Shown here: in pieces, positions 1-7,546 of the stretch
Numbering within the stretch: the stretch's first letter is position 1
How the letters are laid out: the number at the start of each line of letters is the position of its first letter
From: a virus
DNA length: 46,352 nt
Strand: one strand, 5' to 3'
Virus record (IMG/VR): IMGVR_UViG_3300027964_000001
Location: 1-46,352 of that record
The notes under the pieces: model-generated
The model's database searches: none
What the model was told of the DNA's origin: nothing
Seen by the model: only the letters and a program-made list of their open reading frames with translations
Translations under genes and position numbers: made by a program

Positions 1-127
1 GCTAAGCAGATGATGATTTGTCAGGAATCAGGTTATTACCCTCCTAATAATACAGCGTGTGTGCAAGGGCATTTTAAGTGTCCATTCAGTGATGCTTATA
101 ATAATGGGGGGATTTGTGGGGTTAGTA
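1..127. repeat. Terminal assembly overlap, copy 1 (identical to 46226-46352)
   Basis: The first 127 nt (gctaagcagatgatgatttg...gtggggttagta) recur base-for-base as the last 127 nt of the window. Confidence 0.97.
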
Positions 128-198
128 GAGAGATTAGAGAGCAGAAAATTGAAAGGTATTTTGTCGTTTCCGAACCTTGGGACCCTGAGAATCTTTAG
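1..198 (+). CDS. C-terminal part of the Cas4-like PD-(D/E)XK nuclease that starts at 45566 (partial because of the window cut)
   Basis: Frame 1 is open from base 1 and is the same frame as 45566 after subtracting 46225. It reads AKQMMICQES...ACVQGHFKCPF...GGICG, a C-terminal Cys cluster. Stop at 196-198. Confidence 0.85.
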   Translation, partial: AKQMMICQESGYYPPNNTACVQGHFKCPFSDAYNNGGICGVSREIREQKIERYFVVSEPWDPENL

Positions 199-207
199 GT
201 AACTTTT

Positions 208-489
208 ATGCACATCCATCGCTACCGTAGGGTTAATATTGGAAAGGATAAAACTTATTATGTAATGCAGTGCCGTAAGCCTAACTGCACACATTATACT
301 CCTATGCAATCAAAAGGTTCATGTCCTACCCTCATTGATAAGCAAGCTGAGTGTAATAGGTGTGGTAACCCTTTTGTCTTAGACCGTAGGGCTTTAAGAC
401 TAGCCGAACCTATCTGCTTTGGATGTGTAAACAGGAAAAATCTTAAAGATGCTGATGAATTCTTTAAAGAACTGGAGGAATCTATATGA
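208..489 (+). CDS. Cys-rich (zinc-ribbon-like) small protein
   Basis: 93-aa ORF with CRKPNC, CNRCGNPF and ICFGC pairs. Its stop overlaps the next start (ATGA at 486-489). Confidence 0.7.
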   Translation: MHIHRYRRVNIGKDKTYYVMQCRKPNCTHYTPMQSKGSCPTLIDKQAECNRCGNPFVLDRRALRLAEPICFGCVNRKNLKDADEFFKELEESI

Positions 490-641
490 ATAAAGAAGAA
501 CTCCAATTACTCTATGAAGTTTTAGATTGGACTATATCTACAAGTTCAATTAGATCTCATAATATCTATGATAAAGCTCAAGAGGCAATGAAGATTGTTG
601 TAAAGGAATTAAAGGAAAATGGGCCCTCTCAAAGCCGATGA
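486..641 (+). CDS. Hypothetical small protein (51 aa, below the ORF-track cutoff)
   Basis: ATG at 486 overlaps the upstream stop as ATGA. Reads MNKEELQLLYEVLDW...KENGPSQSR. Fills an otherwise empty 130-nt gap. Confidence 0.5.
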   Translation: MNKEELQLLYEVLDWTISTSSIRSHNIYDKAQEAMKIVVKELKENGPSQSR

Positions 642-1470
642 ACAACCTATCCGTCCAGTTATTTCTTTACTATCCAAAGGAGTAACCGGCACAGGTAAAA
701 CCGTTGCATCTTGTGGAAAAGAGTTTCGCCCTGTTTATGTATTCATGAATGAGGGCAGATTTGAATCAGTAATTGAATACTATAAGAGATTAGATGGACA
801 TGTCCGAGATGTAGAGTATGATAACTTTCATATGGGTTCAGGATTCTATTCTTTAGATAAGAGAATGGATGAGCTTATTAATTCCTGTCCATATAAAACT
901 GTAGTAATGTCATCTCTAACATCATATATTCATATTGTTCTAGCTCATCTAATTAAAGATAAAGCCGGGCGAACTAGACAATCAGGACAATCAGCAGGTA
1001 AGAAAATTGGGGGTATTCCGGTTAATGAACTAGAAGATTTCAATGCTGAAGATGCAGCTATTATTTTTGAGATGTGTGCATTCCTTCAGCAGCTTAAAGC
1101 TCAAGGGACTAATGTAATTCTTGAAGCTCATATCTCTCCCTATGAAGTTAGTTCTATTACTGATGGTAAGAAAGAATCTACTACCATCATGCAAATCTTA
1201 ACAAAAGGAAAGAAAGCCCCAGCACAGATACCAGGATACTTTAATGAAGTTTATCTATTTGAGAAGCGGTTTAAGGGATTTGGACAATCTGTAGCTTACT
1301 CAGTTAATACAGTAGGAGATTCAACTACAGATTGTAAAACATCTATGGGAATTGAGGGGTTTGATTGGTCCAATCGTGATTTTAGTGAATTATTAATTGC
1401 TCAATTATCTGATGAGATAAAAGAAACGAGTAGAAAGGATCCAAATGCTCCCGCTAGAGTTTCCTTCTGA
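619..1470 (+). CDS. Sak4/AAA_24-like RecA-fold ATPase (recombination/annealing helper)
   Basis: Walker A KGVTGTGKTV and Walker-B-like TVVMSSLTS; 283 aa. Sits next to a DUF669-like ORF and the Cas4-like nuclease, as in known phage recombination modules. Confidence 0.6.
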   Translation: MGPLKADEQPIRPVISLLSKGVTGTGKTVASCGKEFRPVYVFMNEGRFESVIEYYKRLDGHVRDVEYDNFHMGSGFYSLDKRMDELINSCPYKTVVMSSLTSYIHIVLAHLIKDKAGRTRQSGQSAGKKIGGIPVNELEDFNAEDAAIIFEMCAFLQQLKAQGTNVILEAHISPYEVSSITDGKKESTTIMQILTKGKKAPAQIPGYFNEVYLFEKRFKGFGQSVAYSVNTVGDSTTDCKTSMGIEGFDWSNRDFSELLIAQLSDEIKETSRKDPNAPARVSF

Positions 1471-1585
1471 TCTATCCCCTTCTATAATTATGCAGTCATT
1501 TAGTCCTGATGAAACATATAAAGATATTAATTTTGTAAGGAAAGAAACCGAACAACTTGCGGAACAGCTTAGGAGACTAGCATGA
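1445..1585 (+). CDS. Hypothetical small protein (46 aa)
   Basis: ATG preceded by AAGGA (5-nt spacing). Its stop overlaps the next ATG (ATGA at 1582-1585). Overlaps the upstream gene by 26 nt, so the start is uncertain. Confidence 0.35.
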   Translation: MLPLEFPSDLSPSIIMQSFSPDETYKDINFVRKETEQLAEQLRRLA

Positions 1586-1752
1586 ACCTCAAAGAGTATA
1601 TGGAAGAGATTGAAAGGATTTATAGGAAAACTGAGCAAATAGAAAATCAACTTGAGGACTGTGCAAGAATTATTCGTAGTATAAGAATTAAAATTGATGA
1701 TCTTCCAACAGATCCTAAAAATATTGAAATTGATAAAGAAGAAGATTCCTAG
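1582..1752 (+). CDS. Hypothetical small coiled-coil protein (56 aa)
   Basis: ATGA overlap upstream; its stop TAG abuts the ATG at 1753. Reads MNLKEYMEEIERIYRKTEQIENQLED... Confidence 0.5.
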   Translation: MNLKEYMEEIERIYRKTEQIENQLEDCARIIRSIRIKIDDLPTDPKNIEIDKEEDS

Positions 1753-1947
1753 ATGCCCATCTGGAGAGTCCTATTACCTTCAGGAGAGCAAATAATCCAT
1801 GCCGATGTAGTCCATCATGACCCTGTAGGTAATATCTATTTCTCAATAAGGAGGGATGATGATTATACGTTCACCGCCGCATTTGTAGACTGGAAAGAAA
1901 TTGAACTACTATCACTAGACCAACAACCAAACTCAACCAATAACTAA
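1753..1947 (+). CDS. Hypothetical protein
   Basis: 64-aa ORF packed tightly between neighbours on the same strand. Confidence 0.6.
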   Translation: MPIWRVLLPSGEQIIHADVVHHDPVGNIYFSIRRDDDYTFTAAFVDWKEIELLSLDQQPNSTNN

Positions 1948-1960
1948 GGAAACCCGAATC

Positions 1961-2347
1961 ATGATTAAAGTCACTTCAAGAGATGCACTTAAGTCTGAGG
2001 TAGTCAAGCCTGGAACTTATAAGGGCCGTTGCGTGTCCTATCAGGCTAAGACTGCTTCTAAGGATTCTTCAATCGTTCATTATTTTGAGATTGAAGTTGA
2101 GAATAGTGGTATGTGGTATCCTATTCAGGACTACATGGTTTCAGAGAAGGCAGCAGGAATGGGAAAGAACTTTTTCCTTGCCTGTGGATTTCCTGAAGCT
2201 GAATGGGATAAGCTGGTAAAGGGAGAGGCCACTAACGTAGATATTGACCCGAATGATTGTGTCAATAAGGAGTTCAAGGTTTCGGTTATCAATACTCAGT
2301 TTGATAATCGGACTCAAAGCAAGGCTGGAGATTTCTTTAAGCTCTAA
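1961..2347 (+). CDS. DUF669-like (putative ssDNA-binding partner of Sak4-type ATPases)
   Basis: 128 aa. SD AAGGAAA lies upstream. The pattern VKPGTYKGRCVS..AKTASKDSS..HYFEIEV resembles DUF669 proteins that accompany AAA_24 ATPases. Recognised by eye only. Confidence 0.4.
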   Translation: MIKVTSRDALKSEVVKPGTYKGRCVSYQAKTASKDSSIVHYFEIEVENSGMWYPIQDYMVSEKAAGMGKNFFLACGFPEAEWDKLVKGEATNVDIDPNDCVNKEFKVSVINTQFDNRTQSKAGDFFKL

Positions 2348-2468
2348 AAATTGTCCTATTAATCCTTGTGAATCCTAACCGTGTAGGTTGTCGAGGGGGA
2401 GATATAGCCATTCCGGTTATATTCTTGATACCGAGGGGGCGGATTCTAAATAGGAATTAGTGGGGCAA

Positions 2469-2522
2469 GGGAGAGGACTTTCATTCAAAGGTATAATAAA
2501 CCTGCGATGATTGTTCTCTCCC
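2469..2522 (+). other. Long imperfect hairpin immediately upstream of the SD-less start at 2532
   Basis: gggagaggac (2469-2478) pairs with gttctctccc (2513-2522) with one G-U. Inner pairs are tcat/atga and agg/cct around the loop tataataaa. Confidence 0.5.
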
Positions 2523-2531
2523 ATTTAAAAC

Positions 2532-2765
2532 ATGACCAAACTTAAGTTTAATCCGAACTATAAACAATGGAGAAGAGATTATGAAACTATACCAGTGTAT
2601 ACCAAAAAGGAACATAATGAAGCTCTAGCTAAAGTTAAACAAGAGCTAACTGTAAATAGAGTAGTGCAATCATTCACAGGTTTGTATGGTCCAGATGATT
2701 GTAGAGCTATGCAAATTCTAGCTATACATCAAACTCCTGACGGCTTATTGATTGTAGTTAGATGA
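2532..2765 (+). CDS. Hypothetical protein
   Basis: 77-aa ORF. Its stop overlaps the next start (ATGA at 2762-2765). Confidence 0.65.
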   Translation: MTKLKFNPNYKQWRRDYETIPVYTKKEHNEALAKVKQELTVNRVVQSFTGLYGPDDCRAMQILAIHQTPDGLLIVVR

Positions 2766-3022
2766 TGAACATCAAATCCGAACAAAATTGGGTCCGCAAA
2801 GTTCATTTAATAGCGGAATACCATAAAGCCCAGCAAGCTAAACATCCCAAGAAACGTAATCATGGGATATGGAAACTTGCTGATACCGCTAAAGAACTAG
2901 GATTCTCTACAGGGTATGTTTCGGAATCAATTAAGATATCAGACTACATAGATAAGCATCCAGGGGATTGGACTAAGGTGGATAGAGGAACGGTTTTGGA
3001 GATGATTAGAAATGAAACCTGA
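2762..3022 (+). CDS. Helix-turn-helix DNA-binding protein
   Basis: WKLADTAKELGFSTGYVSESIKI is a ParB/KorB-style HTH. 86 aa, overlap-coupled on both sides. Confidence 0.55.
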   Translation: MMNIKSEQNWVRKVHLIAEYHKAQQAKHPKKRNHGIWKLADTAKELGFSTGYVSESIKISDYIDKHPGDWTKVDRGTVLEMIRNET

Positions 3023-3197
3023 AAATCTTAAGTGCCCCGATTGTGATGGTCCAATGATTCCTAGAACTTCTCAGTATGGTAAGTTTTGGGGATGTAAAAA
3101 CTATCCTAAGTGCAAAGGAACTAGGGATAGTATGGGATTAAGTAAAAGAGAAAAAGAACAATTACAGGATGATTATGATAAAGGAGGATGGACATAG
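3012..3197 (+). CDS. Topoisomerase-type C4 zinc-finger protein (zf-C4_Topoisom-like)
   Basis: CPDCDGPMIPRTSQYGKFWGCKNYPKCKGT matches the CPxC...GxFxGCxxYPxC pattern of the topoisomerase I C-terminal zinc ribbon. Confidence 0.75.
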   Translation: MKPENLKCPDCDGPMIPRTSQYGKFWGCKNYPKCKGTRDSMGLSKREKEQLQDDYDKGGWT

Positions 3198-6100
3198 TGC
3201 AAGGATACGTCCCCGGAGTAGGCCCGAAATCAAAATTAGCTATTATAGGTATAGCTCCAGGCAGCGAAGAAGTCATTAAGGAGAAACCCTTTGTAGGTCC
3301 ATCGGGTTCCATTCTCCGTTCTGATCTTAAAGATGCCGGAATCAACATCGAAGAAACCTATAGGACTAATATATTCAAGTATCAATTACCTAACAATCAA
3401 TTTGAGAAGTATCAAGAAATTGGACTTAACTTACAAGAAGCTTTGGCTGACCTTCAAGAAGAGATTAATACAATCAATCCCAATTGTATCCTTGGTCTTG
3501 GAGATCCAGTATTAAAATCTCTCACTGGTCATAGTGGAATTAATAGCTGGCGTGGGTCGATTCTTTTTGCGCTCGGTAAGAAAGCTGTATTTACTTGGCA
3601 TCCGGCTGCGGAGCTTCATGGTGAGGGAGAAGGACAATGGAAAACATGGCAGCGTTATGTAAGAAAGTTTGATGTTCAAAGGGCTGTAGAAGAAAGTTCT
3701 TATCCTGAACTTGATTTATCCCATCGTAATCTTATCATAGCTAGGTCATATTCAGATGTATTTAGATTCTTTGAACGGAATAAAAATGAATCCTATTGTG
3801 CTTTAGATATTGAAGCTATTGAGAATATTCCGGTTTGTATTGGATTCTCATTTATACCCTCTGAAGCTCTATGTATCCCTCTCTTTAATACTCTTCCAAT
3901 TAAAGTAGATAATAAGAAAAAGTCTTATGAACGTAATGTTGAAATATCTACGATACCGTCTGGAGACCTCGCACTTATTTGGCAAGAAATAGCCAAACTA
4001 TTACTTAACCCTAAAGTTTCCTTCATAGGACAGAACTTCAAATATGATGAGGATAAATTAAACCGGCTTGGGTTTTTCCTACACTCTCTACACTGGGATA
4101 TTATGATAGGAACTCATTGTATCTCTTCGGAGATGCCCAAGTCCCTAGCATATCAGACCTCAATCTATACTAGAGAACCTTACTATAAAGATGAAGGTAA
4201 AGAGCTTAACTTTAAGAAGGAAGGAATAGAACAGTTCTTTCTATATAATTGTAAGGATGCTTGCATTACCCGTGAAATATTTGACGTTCAACAAAAAGAA
4301 CTTAAGGAAATTCCATTTGGTATTCCTCATGCTACATGGAGAATGCAACTTCATAAAGCCTATCTTGATTTAGACCGAGTAGGATTTGCAGTAGATGAAG
4401 AAGAAAGATGGGAACTAATTCATAAGTATGTAGAATGGGGAGTAAGATTAGAGAAAGAATTATTTGATTTAATTGGACATACAGTAAATTTTAGAAGTCC
4501 TAAACAAGTAGCTGAATTACTCTACGAAGAACTAAAAATACCAAAAAGAGCCGGAACCGGAGAACAAGTAATAACCGGACTTTTAGGAAATGTTCTTAAA
4601 CCCGGTAAACATAATACAGAGATACGAATATGTGAAATTATTCTTGAATATAGAAGGGTAGATAAATCATTAGGGTATTTAAAAGCAGCGCCGGATTATG
4701 ATGGAAGGATGAAAACTACATTTAGAATATGTGGAACAGAGAACTACAGAACATCAACTAATATTCTTGATCCTCCTATCAGACCAGAAAAGATGGGATG
4801 GGCAATGCAAACTGTAAGTAAACATGGAGATATTGGGAATGATTTAAGATCTATCCTAGTAGCCGATAGAGGATTTATCATAGTAAATATAGATCAATCG
4901 CAGGCTGAGGCTAGAGTATGTAGTTTATTAGCTGATGATGAAAAAACTCTAAAAGAGTATGACCTTATTGATAAACATGCTCTAACAGCTAGTAAGTTCT
5001 TCGGTGGAGAAGAGAAAGATTACTCTAAGAAAATCCTCGGTTATGAATGTCCTGAAAGATTCGTAGGTAAAGCACAACCTTTAACAGCTAAAATATTAAC
5101 TCCTTCTGGATGGAAGTTAATGAAAGATATTAGGATAGGAGATACTATTTGTAATAGTTACGGTTCAAGTAGTAAAGTTACAGGAGTTTATCCTCAAGAA
5201 AAGAAAGATATTTACGAGGTTGAGTTTTCAGACGGAAGCAAAACTCAGTGCTGTTTAGAACATAATTGGAATGTTCGTAGTCCCGCAGGTGCCTGGAGAG
5301 ATGGTCCTTATGAGATGAGAAGTTTATCTTATATAAAAAATAATCTGAGAAATAATTCAGGAGAACTAACTAAACTAATTCCAATAACCCGAGCTGTTGA
5401 ATTTGAGAAAAATCCTCTTCCTATACATCCATATGTAGTTGGATTACTATTAGGAGACGGAACCTTTAGACAAAAATACTCTTATGGATTTTCATCTGCT
5501 GATATTGAATTAGTTTGGGAATTTGAGAACTTAACAGGAATAAAATTAAGTAAAAGAAATGGTTATGATTATGCTATACCAGCAGAGTATACTAAGAAAA
5601 TAAAAGAATTAGGTGTTCATGGACAATACTCAGAGGATAAGCATATTCCTGAAAATTATAAATTTTCTTGTATAGAAGATAGACTAGCAATTCTTAGGGG
5701 GCTAATGGACACCGATGGAACAGTAAATAAAAGAGGAACAGGAGTCACATTTGATTCTGCCTCCAAACAATTAGCAAAAGATGTAATATTCTTGGTTAAT
5801 TCTTTAGGGGGTATTGCTACATATTCTAATCGGCAAACGAAATTTACTTATAATAATGAGACTCGGCTAGGGATGAAATCCCATAGAGTATTTATATCAA
5901 ATATGCAATATAATCCATTTAATCTAGATAGAAAGTTAAGTAGGTGGAAACAAACTACAGCTTACAGAAGATTTAAAAATATAAAACTTATTTCTAATGA
6001 GGAATGCCAATGTATTTCTGTAAATTCAGGAGATAGACAATATATTACAGATGATTTTATAGTAACCCATAATACTCTTCGCCATGCTTATCATCTTGAT

Positions 6101-6634
6101 ATTGGTAAGCGAGAGGCTATGGTTAATGTTAATACTGATGCTAGAAAGTATAAGATTCGAATTAGAATTTCAGAATGGAAAGCAGGAGAATGTCTAAAAA
6201 TTCTGGCTCAAGATACTCCTAAAATTAAATCAGTATTTCATGAAACAATTCAGAATCTTCTAAGAAAAGATAGGAGAATAGTTGGAACTTATGGTGCGTC
6301 GCGGTATTTTTACGATGACGATGGAACTAGAGATTTATATAAAGGAGCATATTCTTTCATCCCACAGCAAACAGTAAGTGATAAAACTAAACAAGTCCTA
6401 TTGAAGATTAAAAAGAATTTGTGGGATATTAGAGTAGTTGTTGAGACTCATGACGCGCTGACCTTATTAATCCGGGATAATGAGTCTCTGAAGGATAAGA
6501 TACTGGAAATACAGAGTTATTTCTTAGAACCTATTAGCTTTGCAGATTGCTCAATTCCTAGGAGAGATTTGGTGATTCCTTGCGATGTTGAAGTTGGTTA
6601 TAATTATAAGGAGCTTGGGAAATGGAAGGGATGA
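3188..6634 (+). CDS. polA: UDG-like domain :: 3'-5' exonuclease :: family-A DNA polymerase, interrupted by an intein
   Basis: N-terminus has IIGIAPGSEE..KPFVGPSGSIL and WHPAA (UDG family 4/5 type motifs). Exo motifs are CALDIEA, QNFKYDEDK and YNCKDA. Pol motif A is IVNIDQSQAEAR, the O-helix R-FVG-K|T is split by the insert, and motif C is VVETHDAL. 1148 aa in total, 814 aa without the intein. Confidence 0.9.
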   Translation: MDIVQGYVPGVGPKSKLAIIGIAPGSEEVIKEKPFVGPSGSILRSDLKDAGINIEETYRTNIFKYQLPNNQFEKYQEIGLNLQEALADLQEEINTINPNCILGLGDPVLKSLTGHSGINSWRGSILFALGKKAVFTWHPAAELHGEGEGQWKTWQRYVRKFDVQRAVEESSYPELDLSHRNLIIARSYSDVFRFFERNKNESYCALDIEAIENIPVCIGFSFIPSEALCIPLFNTLPIKVDNKKKSYERNVEISTIPSGDLALIWQEIAKLLLNPKVSFIGQNFKYDEDKLNRLGFFLHSLHWDIMIGTHCISSEMPKSLAYQTSIYTREPYYKDEGKELNFKKEGIEQFFLYNCKDACITREIFDVQQKELKEIPFGIPHATWRMQLHKAYLDLDRVGFAVDEEERWELIHKYVEWGVRLEKELFDLIGHTVNFRSPKQVAELLYEELKIPKRAGTGEQVITGLLGNVLKPGKHNTEIRICEIILEYRRVDKSLGYLKAAPDYDGRMKTTFRICGTENYRTSTNILDPPIRPEKMGWAMQTVSKHGDIGNDLRSILVADRGFIIVNIDQSQAEARVCSLLADDEKTLKEYDLIDKHALTASKFFGGEEKDYSKKILGYECPERFVGKAQPLTAKILTPSGWKLMKDIRIGDTICNSYGSSSKVTGVYPQEKKDIYEVEFSDGSKTQCCLEHNWNVRSPAGAWRDGPYEMRSLSYIKNNLRNNSGELTKLIPITRAVEFEKNPLPIHPYVVGLLLGDGTFRQKYSYGFSSADIELVWEFENLTGIKLSKRNGYDYAIPAEYTKKIKELGVHGQYSEDKHIPENYKFSCIEDRLAILRGLMDTDGTVNKRGTGVTFDSASKQLAKDVIFLVNSLGGIATYSNRQTKFTYNNETRLGMKSHRVFISNMQYNPFNLDRKLSRWKQTTAYRRFKNIKLISNEECQCISVNSGDRQYITDDFIVTHNTLRHAYHLDIGKREAMVNVNTDARKYKIRIRISEWKAGECLKILAQDTPKIKSVFHETIQNLLRKDRRIVGTYGASRYFYDDDGTRDLYKGAYSFIPQQTVSDKTKQVLLKIKKNLWDIRVVVETHDALTLLIRDNESLKDKILEIQSYFLEPISFADCSIPRRDLVIPCDVEVGYNYKELGKWKG
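5072..6073 (+). mobile_element. 334-aa intein with LAGLIDADG homing-endonuclease domain inside polA (aa 629-962)
   Basis: Block A is AQPLTAKILTPSGWKLMKDIRIGD (aligns with CLSFGTEILT-type starts, with Ala at position 1). Block B is CLEHNW. LAGLIDADG motifs are VVGLLLGDGTF and ILRGLMDTDGTV. Blocks F/G are CISVNSGDRQYITDDFIVTHN followed by Thr+1. Confidence 0.85.
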
Positions 6635-6786
6635 CCCTCAAACTTAAATACCATAACAAAGAAGAAAGAATCTTACAGGTAGATGCTATCCATTATCATA
6701 CAGAAGATAAGATACTGACTATCTATAAAGGGACAGGAATCTCTTTCGTCTATGATTATGAGATTGAATATTTTAGACTAACATGA
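6631..6786 (+). CDS. Hypothetical small protein (51 aa)
   Basis: ATG overlaps the polA stop as ATGA (6631-6634). Reads MTLKLKYHNKEERILQVDAIHYH... Confidence 0.5.
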   Translation: MTLKLKYHNKEERILQVDAIHYHTEDKILTIYKGTGISFVYDYEIEYFRLT

Positions 6787-6822
6787 TTCCTAGGGATAAA
6801 CTAGAGGATTGGGGAGAAAATC

Positions 6823-7011
6823 ATGACAAAGTGTGAATGTTGCAAAGCAGAAATTCCCTACGGTGTAGACTGTAATTATGAGATTAAAGGAGTAGTTAAA
6901 TTAACAGTATGTAAATCCTGCATTAGAAAAATTGATGATAAAGTATATGAGATAGGAGATAGGGCTACTAAAGAAATGAAAAATTTTGTTGAATCTCTAT
7001 TAAACACATAA
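6823..7011 (+). CDS. Cys-rich small protein (zinc-ribbon-like)
   Basis: CECCKAEIPYGVDC ... CKSC. SD GGGGAG lies upstream. Confidence 0.65.
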   Translation: MTKCECCKAEIPYGVDCNYEIKGVVKLTVCKSCIRKIDDKVYEIGDRATKEMKNFVESLLNT

Positions 7012-7018
7012 AACTTAA

Positions 7019-7095
7019 CCCCCAGTAATCCAACTGGCAGAGATAGCTGACTTAAAATCAGTAAAGTGTGAGTTCGAATCTCACCTGGGGGACCA
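7019..7095 (+). tRNA. tRNA, anticodon UAA (decodes UUA/UUG, Leu) with a short variable loop; CCA encoded
   Basis: Acceptor stem 7019-7025 cccccag pairs with 7085-7091 ctggggg. The D arm is atc/gat with GG in the loop. The anticodon stem is gctga/tcagt with loop c-t-TAA-a-a (7051-7057). The variable loop is aaagt. The T arm is gtgag-ttcgaat-ctcac. Discriminator is A, then CCA. Confidence 0.85.
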
Positions 7096-7113
7096 AACTA
7101 GAGGAGTTATAAG

Positions 7114-7350
7114 ATGCAACCAACCCATAGAAAAAGAGCTGTAGATGTTACCCTAATTAAAGTTACCGATGAATTTGAAGGAGCAGAAATTCGCCGAACT
7201 AATGGAAGATTAGAAGTTTGGAACGCTTTGCATAAAAGTTGGATTGGTTTTGATGACGATGATTATATTAATATTACCACTGCTGGAGACCATTATCCAG
7301 TAAGTAAATCTGTTGTAGATTCAATGTTTGATAAGATAGAGGAGTTATAA
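7114..7350 (+). CDS. Hypothetical protein
   Basis: 78-aa ORF with SD GAGGAG 7 nt upstream. Confidence 0.7.
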   Translation: MQPTHRKRAVDVTLIKVTDEFEGAEIRRTNGRLEVWNALHKSWIGFDDDDYINITTAGDHYPVSKSVVDSMFDKIEEL

Positions 7351-7351
7351 G

Positions 7352-7546
7352 ATGCAAGGAAAAATCATCAGAATTTATAAGGACAAGTCATTTGGTTTTA
7401 TCAAAGGAGAGAAAGGAGATTATTTCTTTCATCGTAATGCTTGTGTAGATAAGAGTTTTGATAATTTAGAAGTAGATGATGAAGTTAAGTTTAGACCAGA
7501 AGAAACTCCAAAAGGATTAAGGGCGGAGGAGGTGGAGTTGTTATGA
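7352..7546 (+). CDS. Cold-shock-domain protein
   Basis: GKIIRIYKDKSFGFIKGEKGDYFFHRNA...VKF...KGLRAEEV follows the CspA pattern (GFGFI / DvFvH / G.V.F / kG..A..V). Confidence 0.75.
   Translation: MQGKIIRIYKDKSFGFIKGEKGDYFFHRNACVDKSFDNLEVDDEVKFRPEETPKGLRAEEVELL

Noticed and set aside
1-127. Interpreting the 127-bp end repeat as a biological direct terminal repeat
   Set aside because: It falls in the middle of a conserved-looking nuclease ORF. Its length also equals a standard assembler k-mer, so an assembly circularisation overlap is the simpler explanation. True termini cannot be read from the sequence alone.
7019-7095. tRNA as an ochre suppressor, or as a minus-strand tRNA
   Set aside because: The loop is c-t-T-A-A-a-a, so positions 34-36 are UAA (reads UUA/UUG), not UUA (reads UAA). 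No in-frame TAA-interrupted genes were seen. Only the plus orientation places GG in the D loop, TTCGAAT in the T loop and CCA at the 3' end.
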